Origin: Octopus sinensis
Lineage: Eukaryota
Assembly (NCBI RefSeq): GCF_006345805.1
Contig: NC_043002.1
Coordinates: forward strand, 117,242,001 to 117,306,000
Direction: 5' to 3'
Length of the DNA: 64,000 bases
Of the stretch, positions 52,554-64,000 are shown one piece after another (positions within the stretch are counted from its first letter, which is position 1; every line of letters begins with the position of its first letter). The translations under genes and the position numbers were made by a program. The notes below the pieces were generated by a model, which saw nothing but the letters and a program-made list of their open reading frames with translations, was not told where the DNA came from and did no database searches.

Positions 52554-55473
52554 ATTTAAGTTCAGTGTTGCTGTGTGGCACCTTGCACTAGTGTCTTTTA
52601 CTATAGCTTCAGGCTGACCAATGCCTTGTGAAACAATTTGGTAGACAGAAATTGTGTGGAAGCCTGTCGTATGTGTGTATGCTTACCTCCCACTACCACC
52701 ACCACCTGACAACCAATGCTGCTTTATAACTTCGCAGTTTAGCAAAAGAGATCAATAGAATAAGTACCAAACTTAAAATATAAATGCTGATTATCAGAGG
52801 GTATTAATGCAATAAAATTTCCCATGGAAGCCTGCTGCAAGACAATATGGTATGGGAGCTTCTCTCCCCACATTTATTTTACTGAAATCAGTTTACAACT
52901 ATCAAAACTAAACATCAATTACCTTAACCCTTTTGTATCTTATAATAATTCTGCTTGTTCCACTGTTACTTAACCCATCCGTAATGTTTCCACACGATTA
53001 GTTGAAGGGGGAAGGAGGAAGGGGAGAGATGGTGGGGAGTGAAATGTGTAATTTTTTTAAACTAAGTCTTTTTCTCTGTTACTTAGCCCATCTGTAATGC
53101 TTTCATATGATTAATTGAAGGAAAAGGCAAAGAGTTAGTATTTGAACAAATATTATGACAAATGCTTAAATACCGTATATACCCAAACCCAAGTAAAAGT
53201 TGAGTTTTGCAGACCATTTTTTAAGGCTGAATTTAAAGGGTTGACTATCATGTAGATGCTTCTTTTCCTAGGATTGAATTTCGTGTTAAATTTGCATTGT
53301 AATTTTTGTTGGCAAAAGCCTAGTTTGTGTAAATCATTGCAAAACAAAAATATGAAGATTTATGGAAATTTACTTATAGTAATACACATCATCACATGTT
53401 GTGCTATAAAACCCACATTAATAAATCATTACCATGGCCAATATTTTTAAGTAATAACATGTAGTGATACATTCCAGAAGGCTGGTGTAACTAAAATGTT
53501 TCTTTAGTTCTTTCCTCTGTCTCTGGATTTGTTAGGCTGCCAAAACATGTATGTAATGATTCACTGTATTCATATGCTGAATCAGACCTAATAAATTTTA
53601 GGTTGACTTTTTGGCAAGATCAAATATTACTTGAGTATATATTTTGTACATCAAAATGACAACACTGTTTCTGACAATGATCGGCTGTTAGATCGGTTAG
53701 AGTAAAAGATCTAGTATTTAACCCATTAATATTTAAAGTGGCCATATCCAGCCAAAATATTGTACCTGTTTTATTCTCAAACTGGCCAGATCTGGCCTGT
53801 CTGACCTTACTCTACAATATCATACTAGAACTAAACAATCACATCATTGAAATCTTGAAAGTATAAAATATTGTATGAATAATTGAAAACAACCTGAATA
53901 AATAAGCATTGCATTTGAGAGAGTAAGCTGAATGCTGAAGGGTGAAACGAAGATTGTAGGGTAGGACTCTAGCTCAGCTCAGGAGTGTCACCTAAAGATG
54001 ACCAAGGACAATACTGAATCTAAGATGATGAAAGTATTCCAAAAACAAACGCCAGCAACAACCATCATCATTTATTAATATTCTTTTGTGATTTAAGTAA
54101 GAAAAAATAGTTGTAAGCTAATAAATTAAGGGTGGAGGACAAAAAAAATGATAATGTTTTAACTCTTTTACTTTAAAAATTAAATTTCATGGTTATTCAG
54201 ATGTTATGTGTAAGAGAGAAGATTGCACTGGTTTGGTCATGTGATGCATTTGGATGTGGACAGCTGCACAATGAAGTGCGAGCTCTAATTGTGGAGGGTA
54301 TCTGTGGAAGGAATGTAGACCCAGGAAGACATGGGATGAAGTGGTGAGAAAGGATCTTCAGACACTGGGCCTCATTGAAGAAATGACAAGGGACTGGGAG
54401 ATGTGGGGATTTGCTGTCCTTGGTAAGATACATCAAGCTAAGTAATATCACTGTCTTCTACACATACAGGATTGTCCTTTCAGGTGCTGGATGCACACAC
54501 CCATGCCAGTTGCACATAAAAAAAGCTCCCAGCACACTCTGTTAAGTGTTAGGAAGGGCATCCAGTCATAGAAACCATACCAGCTGGAGTCTGGACAGCT
54601 CCCTGCTAGCCAACTCCATGTCAAACCATCCAACCCATGGAAAGCAGATGTTAAATGATGATGATGATGACTCTAACAATGAGGTTAGATATCTACCAAA
54701 AAATAGAATCGGTATTTTCTGCAAGTTATGTTGCCTCAATAAACTTTACATATTCTCAACAGAAAATAGTTTCAAACATGATGTTCCTCAACAAAAATGG
54801 AGTGGTATATAAAACTACTTTCTGCAGTTTAGGATGATAAAAGTCCTAGTGGATATATCTGTTTTCCATTGGTGTAGCTAATAAAAGAGTACATTTTTCA
54901 AAATTGGTGACCTTTCAACAATTGTTTTTACCTCTTTAATTCGCTTGTGTGATAAAAGTTGATCCTCTTTTTTTTTGTTAATTTCATGGCCTTCAAAGTA
55001 CTTTCTAGAGTCATTACTTTATTTGACTGACCTCCTGTGTTTTTGAACTATCTGCTCAATATCCTGTGATGTGTTGGTGGCTACTGACATCTGAAAAACC
55101 AAAACAAACCCTGTTGTCTTAACCTCTCAACACTGGACAATCCTGTAGAGTTACATCTTTTTCACATCACACCTATATTAGTAGTTGTAAGTTTCATATA
55201 TAATGACATTATTACTGAATCATAAAATTAATGAATGTAGAATACAATTATGTATATTATAACTAATGAAAGATTTCACATAATATAAGGGAAATGGGTA
55301 AAAAAAACTATTTGGTATGTGTCTTGGCGCCTTCTTTTATGTGCTCACTCCACCTAACTTTAGAACTTGGTTTTGAGCACCTCTACTAGAAATGTCAATA
55401 AAAGGGTTAAATATTAAATTTTTGTTTCCTTTGTCTTTCAGAGGTTGCTTGATGTAGGTGTTTTACTTCAAAC

Positions 55474-55582
55474 ATGAGCCAAACTCCTAACCAAAATGCC
55501 AAGGCCTTTAAAATATGGAACAGCGAAAGAACTACGAAAAAACCTGTTGTAGCAAGTAATCTGCAAGATTTAGTTTTAAAGG
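55474..55582 (+). CDS. CIDE-N/Myb-SANT gene, coding exon 1 (CIDE-N N-terminal half)
   Basis: Acceptor tttgtctttcag (exon starts at 55442), in-frame TGA upstream of the ATG, and donor gtaaaa (phase 1). Translates MSQTPNQNAKAFKIWNSERTTKKPVVASNLQDLVLK-G. Confidence 0.85.
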
Positions 55583-57163
55583 GTAAAATATTTTTGTAAT
55601 TGTTTTGTATTCAGTAATTTATTACAATATAAAATCAATAATTAAGCAAGATCTGAGGTGAAAATACATAACTACATATTTCTAATTGTTAAAATTGCAA
55701 ACTTAGAAAACATAAGAGTAGCTGATTTTATTGTATTTATAACACAAATTTTAAAAAAATATCTTAGATTGGTTCTTATTAATTCCTTTGCTAAATATTT
55801 ACATAAACTTGTCCTTCTTCCTCAGAATAAAATTTTGTTCTTGTTAATTTATTCCTGCAACCACAAACTATGAGTTGATCAAGAATATCAGTCATGTAAA
55901 CTTCAACTTCTTGCAAAATTTATGAGGACCATGGACACAGTCCCCTTTCTTCACACCAAACCTTTGAACAAAATGAAAGTACAACAAACATTATTTCTTG
56001 AAACAATATTGATATTGTGTGAAGATGGACCCGGGTCTTGCTAAGACCTAGCCTTGGTGATGCTGCATGATAAATATAGATATAATCTATTGACCCTGTC
56101 ATATTGGTTAACAAAAAGAAAGATAACCATAAAAGCCAAAGATATTGAAGAAATCTTCAAAATACAATCAATGGTTATCGTATCAAAATACATGTAAAGA
56201 CATTTGTGTGAAGTCATATTTAACATATTACGGTACATTTGGATATAAGAAAATCTGTTGTTGTGGAAACAGACACAAGAAGAAATTCTCCTCCTGCACA
56301 GTGAATGGCGTCATTGGTTGATAGGACACATGTGTTTATGTCATTCCACTTTCTCAGCTATGAATGCCAAATCTGTCATTCACAGCTCAATCAGTAAAAA
56401 ATCATTCTTATCAAAACCATATATGGTACATTTGTTGAAGTGTGTAAAGCTTGGTGAGACTAAAATTAGATAAATAATGTCACACTAAGCAGCATTGGAT
56501 AAAATATTTTTGTGTAAAATTATATTTAATACATTTGAATGCATTTGGACATGGAGAAGACTTTCTGCTAAGGAAATAGTCCTGACAGAAAATTCTCTTC
56601 CTAGACAGTCCAACCTATGCCAGCATAGATCACAATTAAAACAATGAAGGAACCTCTAAGTATTTAGTTCACCTACTAGAAATGACAACAAAATGCCCCT
56701 CTTATCACATGTTATCATTAAAAACCAAAAGTGAAGGACATGTTGGATAATGTGTACATATATATATAGTTTCTGAAAAAAAAGAGATGTTATTGATTGG
56801 AAAGCCTTTGATCCTAATTCTGATCGATTTTGTGGTTAAACAACAGCAGCAACCTGTTGAAGCATCACTGAAGCTCATGACAAAGAATATGATTTCATTT
56901 TGAAATATATCAAATCCCATAAACTAAATGACAATGTTGATACAACACAGAATGAAGAAAGTGACTGCAAAAATTGTAGAACATGCAGTATTTACTCTTA
57001 TTCTTACATTTCATTTTCATTCTTTCAAAGTTTGACTTTGTGGTTGAGAAATCCCGGTAATATGCTGTACTCCATTTCATTTATACTTCTTGCATTCATT
57101 AACAATTTTGGCCTTCTACTTAAGGATAAAATTAATATTATTTATTGATCTCTTTTATTGTAG

Positions 57164-57325
57164 GAAAACTTAAACTTGGGTTAACCACTGGGACAGATAT
57201 TCGATTAGTTTTGGAAGCTGATGGAACTGATGTAGATGATGAAGATTATTTTGCTCTTCTTCCTAATGATACAGTATTTGTTCTGTTAGAATCTGATGAA
57301 CGATGGCATTCAGCAAATGAAGGAT
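57164..57325 (+). CDS. CIDE-N/Myb-SANT gene, coding exon 2 (CIDE-N C-terminal half)
   Basis: Acceptor ttttattgtag and donor gtaagg (phase 1/1). Translates KLKLGLTTGTDIRLVLEADGTDVDDEDYFALLPNDTVFVLLESDERWHSANEG, with the CIDE-N signature LVLExDGTxVDDEDYFxxLPxxT. Confidence 0.92.
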
Positions 57326-58943
57326 GTAAGGAATTTACCCATGTAATTATAGTAATATTTATAGTAATATTTATTCATTTAAGATACTATGTTCAACATT
57401 GTGTTCATTTTATTTCTTGATTGATTAATAATTCTCTTAATTTTGAGTCGAGATGTTGAGATGCAACAGCTCAGCTCTTGTACTACCAGCATGTGAATCG
57501 AATGTCATAGGAAGGAATCACAAGAGAGATTCTTTAAATTCTGCCAGTTGGCACAAGACATAGGGGCGGACCCATGAGTGAGTTGGTTGGGTAATGTCCA
57601 TAATCTCAGTTGGTCACACTTGGGAATCTGGCCATGAAATGTAATGAGGGTTGCTTCTGATAGGGTATGATGTGAGGCGTCCAGGAAAATTGGGAGGAAA
57701 AAGTGGATGGATAGATGTTGGTGTAGTTTAATATATATCTTTTCTGGATCTTTGCTATCTCCTGCTAGCTGGACCACCAGCAGTACCTTCTTTGGCCAGA
57801 TGCTCAGTTTACTGCTGTCATGAGAGAGAATCGTGCACCTTCAGGAATCTGAGAGGTCCTTCTTAACCTGTTGACCACATGGTGTAGAGTTTGGGTAATT
57901 TTTTACAAATGTCAGCACCATGTAATTATTGTTGTGTGCCCTTCCTTTTATATGGTCAACCATTTCACTCCCTTCCTTCTGATTACTTTGATTGATGAAA
58001 GTGTATGTCATGGGAAGAGATTCTTTTATGGAAGTAATTCCAGACCTATATTGCTTTTCTGTCTTTAGTATTGACCATAGATACTACATTTTGAAAACTT
58101 TTATTGCACAATGTAAAAGAAAGACACACAGAACACACCTACAGACACCCACATGCACACATGTATGTGTGGGTGTGGGCCCGTATATATGCATATGTGT
58201 TTTTATATGTGTGTGTGTATGACTGTACACATATGTGGCAGTGAGATGCAGACACAGCTGTCAAGTGCAGGTATGGTCATGTAATCAAGCAGCTTGCTTG
58301 ATCTTGGGCAGGTATCTTCTACTGTAGCCCAAGACAACTAAAGCCTTGTGAGTGGATTTGGTAGATGGAAACAGAAAGACCAACACATATATACATTTAT
58401 ATCTTGTCTTGTAATGGCATTCACTCAAAAAATAGGTACCAATAATTTAAACATTTTTGCTTCTCTAAATTCAAATATTATTACTTTAGTACATGGAAAG
58501 TTATTGTTGCTATTTTTACTAGTATCTTACACAACACCATCTAATGTGTTCTTTATTTGAGCAGCAACATAGCAGCTCCCTTTTGAGCTGCCCCCAGTAC
58601 TGTCTTAAGGCACAGGCACACTTGGTAGTTGCCTGGATGCTTCATAGGTTTAGGAACTCAAATCTAATCCATGTCTTGCTCTGTTTTGCTGTCAAATTAA
58701 TACTATTGGGCTCAGTGCATTGATTTCCCCTGGGGCCTATGATGCTGCTGGCTACCCCTATGAAGGACCCACTGTTGAGCACCAAAAATTTATTTAGAAT
58801 TGGATGATACATTACCTGTTTTTCCAGAAAACAATTAGGGAAAAAAATTGTTGGTTTTGGGAATATTTAGAAGTTGTCTAAATTGCCAGACGATTTACAA
58901 AATGTCTTCTATAATTGTTGCATTATTTTGCTGACTTTTTCAG

Positions 58944-59785
58944 ATGGAGGAAAGGATGTCAAAGCAATAAAGAATTCTGCAAAGGATATTAACTCTGATG
59001 TGCCTGTTGTAACATCTGTTACCCAACCAGCTATTTCAGTAGCTTCTGCATCACCAATAGATGTTGCCTCTCCTGCTTTACCTCTTCCTCCAGTCTGGTC
59101 TAATCCACCTTCGACAGTTAGTATTGGAAGTACAACTAATGGCAGCACCCCAATAGCTTCAGAGTCTATCCAACTTCCAGAAGAATCTTCTTTCACATCA
59201 AAGAATGGCATCAATATAGCTGATTTCAAGAAAGATGCATACCAATGGAATGAACAGTCAACAAGGCTCTTCATAGAACTTTATAAGCATTATCATGAAC
59301 TTTTTTTGCAACCTAACATTAAAAAAAAGAATCTTTGGGAAGAAATTTCTAAAAAAATGCTTGAGTATGGGTTTGAAATTAGTGCTCGTCAATGTGAAAA
59401 CAAATGGAAATCACTAAAACTCTCTTTCAAAAAAGTTGAAGAATATAATAGAAACTCAGGATTAAAACGAAAGTGTAGCTTCTATGATGAAATCTCAGAG
59501 ATTCTTGGACAATCAAATGTGATTTCAATTAGTTTGGCTAGTACATCATCTAACTCTGCAACTGAAATTCTTGAGAGTTCCACAGAAAAGGTTCGACGCT
59601 TTAAGCCAAAACGACCGCGTTCTTCAGAATGCAGTACTATGGACATTTTGAACTGGCTTAAAGCAAACAAAGAAGAAGAAAAACGCCAACAAGAAGAAGA
59701 CCGCCTGGAAATGCGTAAAATGCATGAGGAAAAAATGAAAGCTTTCTATAGCTTTTTAGATGTACTTAAGAAATGGAAAAGTTGA
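58944..59785 (+). CDS. CIDE-N/Myb-SANT gene, terminal coding exon (S/P/T-rich linker, Myb/SANT-like domain, basic segment, coiled coil)
   Basis: Acceptor gactttttcag (phase 1, compatible with exon 2) and an 842-nt open frame. WNEQSTRLFIELY...KKNLWEEISKKM...SARQCENKWKSLKLSFKK...SFYDEISEILG is a Myb_DNA-bind_4/trihelix-type motif. Confidence 0.85.
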
Positions 59786-60542
59786 GTAAAATAAACAGAA
59801 AGCAGGGAAAAAAACAATATGTTCACACTAATGTTCTCACCAGAACAAAGAATATCTCATGACATTTTATTTTCATCAGATATATCATACATTTCTGCAC
59901 TGTAGCAGTGTCTTGTGTAAAAATCACATCTTGAACAATGGTTATAAGTTTATGAATTGAAAAAATTAAAAATATATTTGTATTTGAATTACTGCATGCA
60001 TAAAAACAGAGAAATACATTTATATATTTTTATATTTAGTTTTGTTATGTATGTAAATTTGATCTTTCTGAAAAACAATAATAGTTTTGGTCAAATTATT
60101 TTATGAAACTCAGCTATTTTCTATTTATTTTACATCCGTTTTCTTGGATGGTAAATTTAATCTCTCACCCAGTTTAACACCACCATCTGGCTCAGAAAGC
60201 ATATCTAGTGTTATTCATTCTGTTATCACTCAGTTTAAAACCTTCAACTGGTCCTTGGATATCTTTTGCTGAGTCCACTTCGTTGCCACTGAGTTGTACA
60301 CTCCCAGCTGGTCCTGGGATATATGTCTTTAGCAGAGTACACTCTGTTGCAAGTATTCAGATCAGATCCCCAGTCTGAGGTTAACTTCTTTTCTTTTCCC
60401 TAGCAGTCTCAGTGACCCTAAAAAGGGGTTATGGGAATTGTTTTTCTTTTCTTAATGATTCAGTATCATAAAATTAAATAAATGAAAATCAGATATGCAT
60501 GGGAAAGGGACAGTGTTTGGAAATTTGGACACTTGCATTATA

Positions 60543-61417
60543 CAAGATGCATTCCAGAAGTTTTGAGACTTTTTCAGTAGTAAACTGATAGTAGGATCCC
60601 TTAACTTCAATGCAATTGTAAAATTCTGGCCACTTAGTAAAGGCCCCATGGAAGTCCTTCTAAGTGAAGATGTCCATAGCCTCCTTCATCTTCTCAATGT
60701 CTCCAAAATGAGTACCCCTGAAATTCTCTTTTAACTTGGAGAACAGCCAAAAGTCTCTGGGGGGCAAGGTTTGGTCTCTTGGGTGAGTAAGGGACAGTTC
60801 TGATGCTCATCTCTGTCAAGCAGTTGATTACCAGGATGGAGTTGTGAATTGGTGCATTGTCCTGGTGCAGGTGCCATCAATCCAAGTCGAAGAGCTCTGG
60901 TCATTTGCGACAAAATCTCTTCCTGCACTCACTGAAGATCTCCACAAAGTACTTTTAGTTGACCATCTGGCCAGAGAGAATGCAGTGGATATAGATGATG
61001 CCCTCACTGCTGAAAAAGAGGAGCATTTTGAGCTTCCCAGTGGACTTACTTTACCTGGTCTTTTCTACCTGCAAAAATCAGGCACAATTCATACAAGTTA
61101 ATCCATAAGCAATCTAGGGCATTTCATAAGAGTTTGTGGCATTTTTGTACAGTTTAACACAAAACTTTACAGCATAACGAGCTTCTAAATTGCATTCACA
61201 TACCAACAACATTTTGCAAATTAGTCAGCTGTGACAAGCAGTGTTTTGTTGGGTGCATTCAAAATGCTATTACAGCCATTTTCTTCAATCTAGAATAACA
61301 AAAGTTGAAAGAACAGCTTATTAGATGTATTGTAATAACATTAAAATTACACAAATTTAGAACAATTATAACTGATTTTCCAAAAAAGATGTTTCAAAAC
61401 TTCTGGAATGCATCTCA
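60543..61417 (-). mobile_element. Internally deleted mariner-like DNA transposon
   Basis: TA-flanked TIRs CAAGATGCATTCCAGAAGTTTTGAGA / TTTCAAAACTTCTGGAATGCATCTCA. Minus-strand remnants HLHQDNAPIHNS and DFWLFSKLK. Confidence 0.8.
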
Positions 61418-61770
61418 TACCTTCTTGGAGCATCAGTTTTTACAGCTAGGCATCCTTGTTGTTAAACACTCCCTCACGAAAAAGAAGTGATCAGGCTTAT
61501 TTTGTAGTTGATGGATAGATGGAAGCAAATATAATCAATGTTGAAGAACATTTACACAATGAATGCAAAAATACTTGAACTCCTGCTCAAGAGGTCATTA
61601 ATCTACCATATTTACACCATAACTATTGTAATGTACTTCAGGTTGACCACTGCCCTAGGATTGAAATTTACTTGATGGAGGAGACTGTATATAAGCCCAT
61701 TGTATATGAGTATGAATATCCATCCATCTGACTGTGTATGTGTGTGTGTGCACGTATGCATATATATACG

Positions 61771-63663
61771 GAGAGGGTCATAGCCCAACTAATTAGAGAG
61801 AGAGAGAGTTAGTTTAGATGAGATGCAGTTTGGGTTCGTGCCAGGGAAAAGTACCACCGATGCTATATTCCTGGTAAGGCAGCTGCAGGAGAAATACCTA
61901 GCCGAAGATAAGCCCCTGTACCTGGCTTTCGTTAACATGGAGAAAGCCTTTGATAGGGTCCCCCGATCCCTCATCTGGTGGTCAATGAGGAAACTAGGGA
62001 TAGATGAATGGCTGGTGAGGGCTGTGCAAGCCATGTACAGAGATGCCGTAAGTAAGGTTAGGGTTGGCAACATGTACACAGAAGAATTCAAAGTAGAGGT
62101 TGGGGTCCACCAGGGTTCAGTACTCAGCCCCCTCCTATTTATCATAGTCCTCCAGGCAATTACGGAGGAATTCAAGACAGGTTGCCCCTGGGAGCTCCTC
62201 TATGCTGACGACCTTGCTCTAATTGCTGAGTCACTATCAGAACTGGAGGAGAAGTTCCAGGTGTGGAAGGAGGGTTTAGAATCGAGGGGCCTTAGAGTCA
62301 ACCTAGCTAAAACCAAAGTACTAATAAGTAGGAAGGTAGACAATCCACAAATGTCTTCAGGAAGATGGCCCTGCTCGATCTGTAGAAAAGGTGTAGGTAG
62401 AAACTCTATAAGATGTACCCAGTGTAAGCTATGGACACATAAGAGGTGCAGCAATCTCAAAGGTAGGCTAACTGGGAAGATAGTTTTTGTATGTGGCAGA
62501 TGCTCGGGAGCATTGACCTCCGAAAATCTGCAGAAAACAACTTCCGTCACTTTCCAGGGGGAAAAACTAGAAGTAGTTGATAGCTTCCGTTATCTAGGTG
62601 ACCAAGTCAGTAGTGGGGGTGGGTGCGCTGAAAGTGTAACTGCTAGAATAAGAATAGCCTGGGCAAAGTTTAGGGAGCTCTTATCTCTGCTGGTGACTAA
62701 AGGCCTCTCGCTCAGAGTAAAAGGCAGACTGTATGATGCATGTGTACGAACAGCCATGCTACATGGCAGTGAAACATGAGCCGTGACTGCTGAGGACATG
62801 CGTAAGCTCGTGAGGAATGAAGCCAGTACTCTCCGATGGATGTGTAATGTCAGTGTACATACTCGACAGAGCGTTAGTACCTTGAGAGAAATGTTGTACC
62901 TAAGAAGCATCAGTTGTGGTGTGCAAGAGAGACGGCTGCGCTGGTATGGTCATGTGGCGAGAATGGATGAAGATAGGTGTGTGAGAAAGTGCCAATCCCT
63001 AGCAGTTGAGGGAACCCGTGGAAGAGGTAGACCCAGGAAAACCTGGGACGAGGTGGTGAAGCACGACCTTCAAACTTTAGGCCTCACTGAGGAAATGACC
63101 AGCGACCGAGACCTTTGGAAATATGCTGTACGTGAGAAGACCAAGCAGGACAAGTGAGCCCAGCCCACTTATGCATGCCTTTCCTCCCTTGGACACACAA
63201 AGACCTGTTGAGGCAAGCGAAGTCGATATCGAACCTCATCCGACGACAGGCACCCATGCCAACCCCCTTGCTTGCGCAGACATGTTGGGGCAAGCGAAAT
63301 CGAAATCGAATTGAACCAGCCAGGATTCCTGGTCTGGTGGTACGTAAAAAGCACTATCCGACTCATGGCCGATGCCAGCGCCGCCTCGACTGGCTTCCGT
63401 GCCGGTGGCACGTAAAATACACCAATCCGACCGTGGCCGTTGCCAGCCTCGCCTGGCACCTGTGCAGGTGGCACGTAAAAAGCACCCACTACACTCACGG
63501 AGTGGTTGGCGTTAGGAAGGGCATCCAGCTGTAGAAACATTGCCAGATAAGACTGGAGCCTGGTGCAGCCTTCTGGCTTCCCAGATCCCTGGTCAAACCG
63601 TCCAACCCATGCTAGCATGGAGAACGGACGTTAAACGATCATGATGATGATGATGATGATGAT
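61771..63663 (+). mobile_element. 5'-truncated RTE-clade LINE, copy 2
   Basis: RT ORF 61823-62779 stops at TGA where copy 1 has TGG (GSETW) and resumes to 63157. 3' UTR and (GAT)n tail follow. Confidence 0.92.
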
Positions 63664-63980
63664 ATATACTGGTCTGTGCAGGTGGCACATAAAAAGCACC
63701 ATCCAAGCAAGATCGTTGCTAGTGCCGCCTGACTGGCCCTCATGCCAGTGGCATGTAAGAAGCACCCACTATACTCTCAGAATAGTTGGTGTTACGAAGA
63801 GCATCCAGCTGTAGAAACCTTGCCAGATCAAACTGGAGCTTTGTTCAGCCTTCTGGCTTGCTATTCCTCAGTCAAACCATCCAGCCCATGCTAGCATGGA
63901 AAGCAGATGTTAAACGATGATGATGATGTATATATATTTATATATGTATATATATATACATATACATATACATGTATATA

Positions 63981-64000
63981 CTAGCAGCTAAGCCCGCTTT
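63981..64000 (-). mobile_element. Possible Helitron 3' terminus at the window edge
   Basis: The minus strand reads ...GCGGGCTTAGCTGCTAG|T: GC-rich subterminal segment, CTAG end and following T. Only 20 nt are visible. Confidence 0.4.

Noticed and set aside
55474-57325. Naming the CIDE-N gene DFFA/ICAD or DFFB/CAD
   Set aside because: Neither the DFF-C domain nor the His-Me nuclease domain is present in the window, so no symbol is assigned.
58874-58943. N-terminal extension MSKLPDDLQNVF... of the 303-aa ORF as a standalone gene
   Set aside because: It starts at TTG within intron-like sequence. A strong acceptor at 58943 with matching phase links the rest to the CIDE-N exons.
60100-60417. Terminal exon of a convergent minus-strand gene
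   Set aside because: An acceptor-like cccctttttag exists at 60418, but every frame stops within 20 codons and no upstream exon is visible.
59786-64000. A Harbinger DDE transposase partner or TIRs around the SANT exon
   Set aside because: No HARBI1-like ORF or TIR pair is recognisable nearby; only a mariner remnant and an RTE. The exon is therefore treated as host-integrated.

Overview
AT-rich, intron-containing animal genomic DNA. The SINE/LINE families and microsatellite style look like an octopus (coleoid cephalopod) genome; this is pattern recognition, not a database match. Two divergently oriented host genes are supported by hand-traced splice sites. (1) Minus strand: the first three coding exons of PEX14 (27753-27782, 4960-5022, 737-821), with a ~22.7 kb intron 1 that appears to use a GC donor; the gene continues beyond the left edge. 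(2) Plus strand: a three-coding-exon gene (55474-55582, 57164-57325, 58944-59785; 370 aa) joining an N-terminal CIDE-N domain in frame to a Myb/SANT-like (trihelix/Harbinger-type) DNA-binding domain and a coiled coil. This architecture is the top candidate for something new. The rest is repeat: two young 5'-truncated RTE LINEs with a PHD-like finger inside ORF2, a nearly intact CR1-type LINE, decayed RLE-, L2/Jockey-, Penelope-, Tc1-, mariner- and Helitron-type remnants, MITEs, several tRNA-derived SINE families and a ~2 kb 25-bp minisatellite. One SINE carries a minimal hammerhead ribozyme motif, and a second copy of that family is a palindrome with a 12-bp target-site duplication. Coordinates of decayed repeats are approximate, and family assignments rest on motifs read by eye.
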